The position numbers were made by a program, and so were the translations under genes. Of a DNA stretch of 60,438 nucleotides, positions 53,375 through 60,438 are shown one piece after another. Each line of letters opens with the position of its first letter. Within the stretch, counting starts at the first letter, position 1. Origin of the DNA: Dehalococcoidia bacterium (lineage in GTDB: Bacteria > Chloroflexota > Dehalococcoidia > Lucifugimonadales > UBA2985); assembly GCA_034421435.1 (NCBI GenBank), contig DAOUKJ010000037.1, positions 1 through 60,438 of the forward strand. The letters run 5' to 3'. The notes under the pieces were generated by a model. It was not told where the DNA came from and ran no database searches. It saw only the letters and a program-made list of their open reading frames with translations.

Positions 53375-55551
53375 GAGCGGCCGCTCTCGCCCGCTGAGAC
53401 CAGAAGCTCCTGCCGGTGGCCCCAGCGCTTCAGGAACCGGCGGAAGTTGACCATGCTCAGCTCCTCTCGCTCATCCTCCGACAGGCTTGTCCACACCCGG
53501 TGCTCGTGGCGCTGCAACGGCAGCGAGGAGAGCGCCATCAGGCGGTAGCCCTTCTCCAGGAAGCAGAAGCTGTACTCCAGGTCCAGGTTGCGGTAGAAGC
53601 GGAAGCTCTCCCGCATCAGGTCCACCTCCGGGAGCAGCGCCCTCTTGAACGCGAAGCAGTACGCCTGGATCGCGTCCGCCCGGCCCTCGTCGATCTCCTC
53701 GAAGTGGCGCAGGTCGTCGGTACGCAGCCCCCACGGGCCTGCCGCTCCCACGCCATCCTCGGCCAGCGCGCCGGCGATGGGCGACAGGAAGTCCTCCGTG
53801 GCCTCCACGGACGTGTCCATGAGCACGACGTAGGTGCCCAGGCACTGCTTGAGCAGGATGTTCTTGGCCGCCGCCTCGCCCAGGACGTGGTCGGCGTGGA
53901 TCACCCTCACCCGCGGGTCCTCGCCCGCCTTCTCCTCCAGCCACGCGGAGGTGCCGTCCGTGGAGCCGTTGTCGACGACTACGACCTCCAAGGGGTGCCT
54001 CTCGCCCAGCGCCAGCAGGCTGTCGATGCACCGCTGCACGTCGCCAAGGTAGTTGCACGCCACGATGCCCACGGAGAACTCCAGCCTGTCAGGCTCGTCC
54101 AGCAGCGACGATACGTCACGCGATGACGAAACCTCCGGCCACCGCTCCGTGCGCCGCTCCAGCTCCGACTTGGGGCGGGCGCGTGTCCCCGCGGTCGCGT
54201 CTTCCAGGATGTAGCCGTCTTCACCCACGCTGCGCCGCACGGCGTCCGCCTCCGGGTAGTTCTGCCGCGCCCTCAGCTCCGACCTGCGCGCCTGCGCCGC
54301 CGATACGTGCTCCGGCACGCTCCACGACTCCACCGATCCGGCGAGTCCCAGCCCCAGTACGCCGTCGAACTCCAGCAGCAGCGTCAGCTTGGCGTGGTCC
54401 GGCAGGCCGGAGCGCGTCATTGCCCACGTCAGGGCCAGCGCGCCGGGCATGTCCAGGTCATCGTTCACGCGGCCTAGGAACGCCTGCCTCCACTGCTCCA
54501 CGTCGGCGTCCACGCCGTCAGCCGCGCCGAGCGCGGACGACCACTCCCACACGCGGTTCCGCAGGCGCTGCAGGCCGCGCTGCGCCGCGCGGAGCGCTGA
54601 GAACGTGAAGTTGAGACGGGAGCGGTAGCGGACGGTGAGGCAAAGGTACCGAAACGCCATCGGGTCAAAGCAGCGGCTCTCCAGGTCCTCCAGCGTGTAG
54701 TCGTTCGCCGTAGACTTGGACATCTTCACGCCGTCCGCCAGCAGGTGCTGGCCGTGCACCCACGTACGAACGAACGGCCCTCCGAACGCGCCCTCGCTCT
54801 GTGCGCGCTCGCCCTCGTGGTGCGGGAACACGTTGTCCACGCCGCCGGTGTGGATGTCCAGCCGCTCGCCCAGGTACCTCGTGGACATGGCGGAGCACTC
54901 AATGTGCCAGCCGGGGAAGCCGTCGCCCCACGGGCTGGGCCAGAACAGCACTCTGCCCGGCTCGGCCGCCTTCCACAGCGTGAAGTCGCGCGGGTCATGC
55001 TTCAGAGGGTCGGTCTCCGCCCTCACGCCTTCAAGCAGGTCGCCGCCGATGTTGCCGGACAGACTACCGTAGTCCGGAAAGCGGGACACGGAGAAGTAGA
55101 CGTTGCCCTCTACCTCGTAGGCGTAGCCCCGCTCCATGAGCCGCTCCGTGATACGGGCCATCTCGTCGACGTGGTCCGTGGCGCGCGGGAAGTGTGTGGC
55201 GGGCAGGATGCCCAGCTTGGCCTCGTCCCTGTGGAATGCCTCCTCGTAGAAGTCCGCAATCTCCCGGGGCGTCTTGCCCTCCGCCAGTGCGGATGCGATG
55301 ACCTTGTCTTCGCCGCGCTCCAGCATCTCCTGGCGCATATGGCCTACATCGGTTATATTCTTTACGTGGACTACGCTCAGGCCCTGCGCCTCCAGGCCAC
55401 GGCGGATCCAGTCGGCCATGAGGTACGTCCGCAGGTTGCCAATGTGCGCGTGGCGGTAGACCGTGGGGCCGCAGCTGTACATTCGCACCAGCCCCGGCTC
55501 AAGGGGCTGGAAAGGCTCCACACTGCGGGAGAGGGTGTTGAAGAGTCGCAT
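53371..55551 (-). CDS. cysS: Cysteinyl-tRNA synthetase fused to a C-terminal GT2-fold domain
   Basis: CGPTVY..AHIGN, WHIECSAM, FPHHE, KMSKS, NDDLD and an anticodon-binding domain, followed in frame by VVVVDNGSTDG...LMDTS (53371-54080). Confidence 0.92.
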   Translation of the reverse strand: MRLFNTLSRSVEPFQPLEPGLVRMYSCGPTVYRHAHIGNLRTYLMADWIRRGLEAQGLSVVHVKNITDVGHMRQEMLERGEDKVIASALAEGKTPREIADFYEEAFHRDEAKLGILPATHFPRATDHVDEMARITERLMERGYAYEVEGNVYFSVSRFPDYGSLSGNIGGDLLEGVRAETDPLKHDPRDFTLWKAAEPGRVLFWPSPWGDGFPGWHIECSAMSTRYLGERLDIHTGGVDNVFPHHEGERAQSEGAFGGPFVRTWVHGQHLLADGVKMSKSTANDYTLEDLESRCFDPMAFRYLCLTVRYRSRLNFTFSALRAAQRGLQRLRNRVWEWSSALGAADGVDADVEQWRQAFLGRVNDDLDMPGALALTWAMTRSGLPDHAKLTLLLEFDGVLGLGLAGSVESWSVPEHVSAAQARRSELRARQNYPEADAVRRSVGEDGYILEDATAGTRARPKSELERRTERWPEVSSSRDVSSLLDEPDRLEFSVGIVACNYLGDVQRCIDSLLALGERHPLEVVVVDNGSTDGTSAWLEEKAGEDPRVRVIHADHVLGEAAAKNILLKQCLGTYVVLMDTSVEATEDFLSPIAGALAEDGVGAAGPWGLRTDDLRHFEEIDEGRADAIQAYCFAFKRALLPEVDLMRESFRFYRNLDLEYSFCFLEKGYRLMALSSLPLQRHEHRVWTSLSEDEREELSMVNFRRFLKRWGHRQELLVSAGESGRS

Positions 55552-55586
55552 AGCCTCGCCTGAAACGTCAGCTCGGACAGTGTCTA

Positions 55587-55615
55587 ATTCTAGTCCTTCC
55601 GCGTCGATGCTTCAA
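55587..55615 (-). promoter_or_regulatory. sigma70-type promoter of the cysS-GT gene
   Basis: TTGAAG-N17-TAGAAT on the minus strand. Confidence 0.6.
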
Positions 55616-55652
55616 TCCCGCCGCGCCCGGAGACCCTTGCGTTACTTGGGCA

Positions 55653-55696
55653 GCGCTCACCCCCATCTCAATCTTCCCCCTCGAGGGGGAAGATGG
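55653..55696. repeat. CCCC/GGGG-type REP-like element
   Basis: The first 28 nt (GCGCTCACCCCCATCTCAATCTTCCCCC) are identical to 57159-57186. Confidence 0.85.
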
Positions 55697-55728
55697 TTTG
55701 GTGACCGCCGCGCCTGCGAGGTGAGCGC

Positions 55729-56586
55729 GTGACGGCGCCCGGCACACATGGGACCACCCGCTGCGGCCCCCTGACGCTCGAATGGGGAAGCCGCACGTAC
55801 GTCATGGGCATTGTGAACGTGACGCCGGACTCCTTCTCAGGCGACGGCCTCGCCCATGACGCAGACGCGGCCCTGGAGCAGGCCCTGCGCTTCCAGGCGG
55901 AAGGAGCGGACATCATCGACGTGGGCGGCGAGTCCACGCGGCCCGGTCACACGCCCGTGAACGCCGACGAGGAGATTCGACGCGTCGTTCCTGTCATTCG
56001 GCTGCTGGCCTCGCGCCTGCACGTTCCCATCAGCGTGGACACTTACAAGCACGACGTGGCGCACGCGGCCCTGGCTGCAGGCGCATCCATGATCAACGAC
56101 GTGTGGGGTCTCAAGCGCGATCCCGCCCTGGCGGAGCTGGCCTCCCGCGAAGGCGTGCCAATCGTGCTAATGCACAACCAGGCCGGTACAGCCTACACAG
56201 ACCTGCTCCCGGACGTGATTGTGAGCCTCCGCACAAGCATGGACACCGCGCTCGGCGCGGGCGTCCCGCCCGAGAGCATCATACTCGATCCAGGCCTGGG
56301 GTTCGGCAAGACCGCCGAATACAACCTGGAGCTGCTGCGAAGGCTCTCGGAGCTTACGACGCTCGGGCGGCCACTTCTGGTGGGTTCCTCCCGCAAGTCC
56401 ACCATAGGGCTGGTGCTGGACCTACCCGTCGAGGAGCGGCTGGAGGGGACGGCTGCCACAGTCGCTATCGCCATCGCGAACGGTGCGGACGTCGTTCGCG
56501 TCCACGACGTGAAGGTCATGACGCGCGTGGCCAGGATGAGCGACGCGGTGGTCAGGGGTTGGACTGCCCCGGCGGGCGGCGCGTGA
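55729..56586 (+). CDS. folP: Dihydropteroate synthase
   Basis: Motifs MGIVNVTPDSFSGDG, GGESTRPG, DPGLGFGK, SRKS and VRVHDV. Confidence 0.95.
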   Translation: MTAPGTHGTTRCGPLTLEWGSRTYVMGIVNVTPDSFSGDGLAHDADAALEQALRFQAEGADIIDVGGESTRPGHTPVNADEEIRRVVPVIRLLASRLHVPISVDTYKHDVAHAALAAGASMINDVWGLKRDPALAELASREGVPIVLMHNQAGTAYTDLLPDVIVSLRTSMDTALGAGVPPESIILDPGLGFGKTAEYNLELLRRLSELTTLGRPLLVGSSRKSTIGLVLDLPVEERLEGTAATVAIAIANGADVVRVHDVKVMTRVARMSDAVVRGWTAPAGGA

Positions 56587-57089
56587 CGACGGTCAAAGCC
56601 TACCTCGGGCTGGGGTCGAACCTCGGCGACCGGGAGCATAACCTGGAGCGCGCCGTATCACTTCTGGAGCGCGTGGCCGCGCCGGTGGTCGTGTCGTCCG
56701 TATACGAGACGCGGCCCTGGGGCTACGTCGACCAGCCGGACTTCCTCAACCTGGCGTGCCGCGTGGAGACCGCGCTGTCTCCGGAGGAGCTGCTTGGGGC
56801 GGCGCAGGCAGTGGAGGTACTCATCGGGCGGGAGCCTACGTTTCGCTACGGCCCAAGGATAATCGACGTGGACATCCTACTATACGGCGACCTCATCATC
56901 AATGTCGATGGCCTGCGCGTGCCGCATCCAAGTCTGTTCGAAAGGGCGTTCGCGCTAGCTCCGCTGGCCGAAATCGCCCCCGAGTTGGTTCACCCGGAGC
57001 TGGGCACGTCGATTCGGATGCTGTTGGCCCGGCTGCCGCGCGCGGAGCGGGATGGCGTGTCACTGTTTGGACCGCTGCTTCGCCGCTAG
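56583..57089 (+). CDS. folK: 6-hydroxymethyl-7,8-dihydropterin pyrophosphokinase
   Basis: Motifs LGLGSNLGDR, QPDFLN, GPRIIDVDIL and PHP..ERAF. Start overlaps the folP stop (GTGA). Confidence 0.95.
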   Translation: MTTVKAYLGLGSNLGDREHNLERAVSLLERVAAPVVVSSVYETRPWGYVDQPDFLNLACRVETALSPEELLGAAQAVEVLIGREPTFRYGPRIIDVDILLYGDLIINVDGLRVPHPSLFERAFALAPLAEIAPELVHPELGTSIRMLLARLPRAERDGVSLFGPLLRR

Positions 57090-57112
57090 GGCGACGTGCC
57101 ATCTACCACAAC

Positions 57113-57202
57113 CGTCATTGCGGCAGAAGCCGCAATCCAGGGGCGGGAGGCGGAGGAGGCGCTCACCCCCATCTCAATCTTCCCCCATCAAGGGGGAAGA
57201 GG
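57113..57202. repeat. REP cassette (CGTC-tagged palindrome + CCCC/GGGG element)
   Basis: CGTCATTGCGGC-agaa-GCCGCAATCCAG followed by the 57159-57202 element, between convergent genes. Confidence 0.85.
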
Positions 57203-57242
57203 CTTTGGTGGCCGCCCAGCAGGTTGCTCAACGCCCTCGCCG

Positions 57243-57425
57243 CTAGGTACGCAGGTTGGGGGGAAGCAGATTGGGAATGGAGTCCTCTATGGGGTAGGTC
57301 TCCGGGCAGCCCTCGCATTGAAGTTCGCCACGCACCACCTCAACCTCATTCTCCTCCTCCACCTTGAGCTTGAATGTGCTCTTGCACGTGGGGCAGGCCA
57401 GGATGTCCAGAAGCTCTTTCTTCAT
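57243..57425 (-). CDS. Trm112-like protein
   Basis: 60 aa, LLDILACPTCK...LQCEGC...YPIEDSIPNLLP. Confidence 0.88.
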   Translation of the reverse strand: MKKELLDILACPTCKSTFKLKVEEENEVEVVRGELQCEGCPETYPIEDSIPNLLPPNLRT

Positions 57426-57478
57426 GTGTTGGCGCTCCCTTGGAGTATGGTCCAACTGCAATCTATATTGCCCGCACG

Positions 57479-57979
57479 CTACCTGCCTGTCAATCCCTCC
57501 TGGTAAATGAAGGCCAGCAGGTCGGACAGGAAGATCACGGTTATGCCAAGCAACAGGATAAGGTTGACGCCGGACGTCAGGCTTTTTGCGCGGGCGAGAA
57601 AGCCTCGGGCTGCCGGCGATGGACCACCACCGGCTCGTGCGGCCGGCCGATTCCACCTGCGGCGTGCAATGACGAACATGACCAGAGCCAGCCCGATCTT
57701 CACCGCGGCGGCGATGGTGTAGGCGGGCGGCGTCGTGGGCTCGCTGAGGCGATCGAACAGCATCACTGCTCCCGTGATCACCAGCACGGCAATCGCGGTG
57801 TCCACCACGCTGCGGAAGCGGAGCATGGCCTCCGCACTGAGCGCGGGCCCCGAAGACTCCGCGTCGGTCGCGCGAGGACGAAGCACCAGCACGTAGAAGA
57901 GCGTGCCGCCAACCCAAGACACGGCCGCGATGGCGTGAGACCAGCGAATGAGCAGCAGGACGCCCTCACCCAGGGTCAT
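57479..57979 (-). CDS. CopD/DUF2269-like four-helix membrane protein
   Basis: RWSHAIAAVSWVGG, VITG and VKIGL motifs; four TM helices. Confidence 0.7.
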   Translation of the reverse strand: MTLGEGVLLLIRWSHAIAAVSWVGGTLFYVLVLRPRATDAESSGPALSAEAMLRFRSVVDTAIAVLVITGAVMLFDRLSEPTTPPAYTIAAAVKIGLALVMFVIARRRWNRPAARAGGGPSPAARGFLARAKSLTSGVNLILLLGITVIFLSDLLAFIYQEGLTGR

Positions 57980-58223
57980 GCGAGAGACTCCCGCGTGCGC
58001 GCCTGTTTGCGCCCGCGAACGGCGTTTCCCGCGGCACCCGGCCACTGAAGACCAACGCGTCCCATCTTTCCTCCGAACCTACCGCAAAGTCCGACCTGTC
58101 TCAACTGCACAGCAAGAGTTTACCACCTCTCGCGCAGCCATTAACCGGGCATTGTATCCGCAATGCAACGCTCCTTGCGCCGTTCACGTAGGAATCCACG
58201 CGCAGGACGGCGAGAAGCCGCTA

Positions 58224-58251
58224 TGGACACCGCGTCGATTTCAGGTATAAT
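58224..58251 (+). promoter_or_regulatory. sigma70-type promoter
   Basis: TGGACA-N16-TATAAT upstream of the ABC exporter pair. Confidence 0.6.
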
Positions 58252-58334
58252 TGCGTTTTGGGACTATGTTCATTGCGCTGCTCGCCCACGGGTCGCCGAC
58301 AATGGACTCTTAGAGGAACACAGAGCACAGCGCT

Positions 58335-60188
58335 ATGTCCATACTGCTTCGGCTTCTTCGATTTGCCCTGAAGTATAAGTTCAGGCTGGCATTAGCCTAC
58401 GTGTCCACCATAGGCGTGACCGCGTTTGCGCTCACCATTCCGTACGTCTTGGGCAGGGGTGTGGACAAGGTCTTGGAGTCCCTTGTGCTCAGCGAGCTTT
58501 ACCCGTATGCCATCTTGATCTTTGTGCTCAGCGTCGGCCGCGGCATCGCCGCCTATGGCCAGCAATACCTCGGCGAGTCGCTCGGACAGCGCGTCGCGTA
58601 CGACATGCGTAACGCCTACTACGAGAAGCTCCAGCGCCTCAGCTTTGCCTTCCACGACAGCCAGCGTTCGGGCGACCTGATGTCCCGGGCCACCGCCGAC
58701 GTGGAAGGAATCCGCATGTTCATCCAGGGCGGCGTCGTTCGCGGTGGCTTCATGGTGCTGCTCATCCTGGGTGTAAGCGTCATCCTGGTGGTCAACAGCT
58801 GGCAGCTAGCTCTCATGAGCCTGGTCTTCGTGCCGTTCATCATTCTGCGCACCTCCACCATCATGCTGACCATGCGCCGCAACTGGCTGGCGGAGCGAAC
58901 GGAGATGGGACACCTGAACACGGTACTTCAAGAGAACCTGGCCGGGCAACGCGTGGTCAAGGCATTTGCAGCAGAGGAGCTGGAGGAGGAGAAGTTCGGG
59001 TACCGCGCGGGCGAGGTGGCCAAGTATGGGTTCAATGCTGAACGCCTTCAGGCTATCACCACCTCCCTCAACAACTTCTTCTTCCTGGGCGGCACCGGCG
59101 TCATTCTCTGGTTCGGCGGACGCCAGGTGGTCGAGGGCAGCATGACCGCCGGTGTTCTGGTATCCTTCCTGCTCTACATGGGGCTGCTGGCCATTCCGGT
59201 ACGCATGACCGCATGGATAGTCAACAGCTTCTCCCGCGCCATTTCCTCCGGAGAGCGCATATACTACGTGCTCGACGCCGAGTCTCCGGTGAGCGAGAAG
59301 CCGGGCGCTCTGGAGCTGCCGAGGGTCAAGGGCGACGTAAAGTTCGAGAGTGTGTCGTTCGGGTACGAGGAGACCACGCCGGTGCTCAGGGACGTGAGCA
59401 TCGAGGTACCCAGCACCAAGATCCTGGCCATTCTGGGAGCCCCCGGCAGCGGCAAGTCCACAATAGTACACCTCATCCCGCGATTCTACGACGTAACCCG
59501 CGGACGTATCACAATCGACGGTGTGGACGTCCGCGACACCACCCTGGCGTCACTGCGCCACAACGTAGGAATCGTTCAGCAGGACGTGTTCATCTTCACG
59601 TCCACCATACGCGCCAACATAGCGTATGGCGCCGTAAACGCCTCGGAGGAGGACGTGGTCCAGGCCGCCAAGCTGGCCCAACTCCACGACTTCATCGAGT
59701 CCATGCCGGAGGGATACGACACCTATGTCGGCGAACGAGGCGTCACACTCTCCGGCGGACAGCGACAGCGCCTGGCAATCGCCCGCACGCTGCTGCTGGA
59801 TCCTCCGATTCTCATACTTGACGACTCCACGTCCAGCGTGGACACGCAAACCGAACATCTCATACGCCAAGCCCTGATCACCGTGATGCAGGGCAGAACC
59901 ACCTTCGTCATTGCTCACCGACTGAGCAGCGTAAGAAACGCCGACAGCATCCTGGTCATGAAGGACGGGCAGGTGGTGCAGCAGGGCGCCCACGAGGAAC
60001 TGGTCAATATCCCAGGGCCGTACCAGGAGATCTACGAACTGCAGCTTCGTCCGCAGGAGCAGGAGGTCAACGGGCACCAGGAGGAGGCGGTGAAAGCCAT
60101 CACGGGAGAGGCTTCAGAAAGCAGCTCCGCCGCGGCCGGAGAATCCGTCCGAAGGCCGGGCTCGACGCAAAGGGAGGCGCTGCCATGA
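58335..60188 (+). CDS. Heterodimeric type IV ABC exporter subunit (TM287-like, degenerate Walker B)
   Basis: TMD followed by GAPGSGKST, LSGGQ, ILILDD (Asp in place of the catalytic Glu) and AHRL. Confidence 0.92.
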   Translation: MSILLRLLRFALKYKFRLALAYVSTIGVTAFALTIPYVLGRGVDKVLESLVLSELYPYAILIFVLSVGRGIAAYGQQYLGESLGQRVAYDMRNAYYEKLQRLSFAFHDSQRSGDLMSRATADVEGIRMFIQGGVVRGGFMVLLILGVSVILVVNSWQLALMSLVFVPFIILRTSTIMLTMRRNWLAERTEMGHLNTVLQENLAGQRVVKAFAAEELEEEKFGYRAGEVAKYGFNAERLQAITTSLNNFFFLGGTGVILWFGGRQVVEGSMTAGVLVSFLLYMGLLAIPVRMTAWIVNSFSRAISSGERIYYVLDAESPVSEKPGALELPRVKGDVKFESVSFGYEETTPVLRDVSIEVPSTKILAILGAPGSGKSTIVHLIPRFYDVTRGRITIDGVDVRDTTLASLRHNVGIVQQDVFIFTSTIRANIAYGAVNASEEDVVQAAKLAQLHDFIESMPEGYDTYVGERGVTLSGGQRQRLAIARTLLLDPPILILDDSTSSVDTQTEHLIRQALITVMQGRTTFVIAHRLSSVRNADSILVMKDGQVVQQGAHEELVNIPGPYQEIYELQLRPQEQEVNGHQEEAVKAITGEASESSSAAAGESVRRPGSTQREALP

Positions 60189-60438
60189 CGGGGGGCTGGA
60201 ACCGCAACCTCCCGGGCGTCGACGAGGTGCGCCGCATACGCGGGCGGCTAAGCCTGGTGCTTGAGGACACGGAGTTCGGCAAGGTCTACGACCAGGGCGT
60301 TGTGCTGCGCCTGCTCGGCTATGTGCGCCCTCACTGGAAGCTGACCGCGTTCAGCATGGTGATGATGCTTGTGTACATAGGCACCCAGGTATCCGTGCCC
60401 CTGCTCGTGGCCCTGGCCGTCCAGGAGTTCATCAGGCC
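60185..60438 (+). CDS. Partner ABC exporter subunit, 3'-truncated
   Basis: ATGA overlap with the upstream stop. Reads MTGGWNR...GKVYDQGVVLRLLGYVRPHWK into the first TM helix. Confidence 0.8.
   Translation, partial: MTGGWNRNLPGVDEVRRIRGRLSLVLEDTEFGKVYDQGVVLRLLGYVRPHWKLTAFSMVMMLVYIGTQVSVPLLVALAVQEFIR

Noticed and set aside
54170-55551. Calling the CysRS part MshC (mycothiol ligase)
   Set aside because: The anticodon-binding domain and its recognition residues are retained, and MshC lacks them.
55729-56586. sul-type sulfonamide resistance gene
   Set aside because: It is coupled to folK as an ordinary chromosomal folP, with no integron or IS context.

Overview
GC-rich bacterial chromosomal segment of about 58 CDS; the first and last genes are cut by the window edges. 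Gene content suggests Chloroflexota (Dehalococcoidia/SAR202-like), possibly host-associated. This is inference from paralog expansions, Pro/Thr-linker lipoproteins and a plant-type LRR lipoprotein. No rRNA, tRNA, CRISPR array, integrase or transposase was found. Main blocks: (1) 4.5-16.2 kb, a minus-strand glyoxylate/glycerate cluster (malate synthase G, aldolase, 2-hydroxyacid reductase, glycerate kinase). It is interrupted by two more AT-rich plus-strand inserts (XRE-ImmA + DUF4411-like, and a solo HNH endonuclease) and lies near a PAL-like lyase. (2) 20.0-34.5 kb, a 14.5 kb co-oriented catabolic locus. It has three tandem-fused class III CoA-transferases, each with a degenerate N-half and an Asp-bearing C-half (DddD-like architecture), an ATPase-less Opp-type transporter, a DUF35 + Cys-less thiolase-fold pair and an intact/degenerate minimal HAD pair. 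(3) 36.9-43.3 kb, MarR followed by four paralogous MFS genes. (4) An orphan Mo-hydroxylase large subunit with a MoaD-like gene, an LRR lipoprotein, and an Ldh_2/FAH pair. (5) A full-length CysRS fused to a non-canonical GT2-fold domain, next to lipB and folPK. Many intergenic gaps hold mosaic REP-like palindromes from several families. The best candidates for an undescribed system are the CysRS-GT2 fusion and the triple fused CoA-transferase locus. All family assignments come from motif reading and by-eye alignment to remembered reference sequences; no database search was run.
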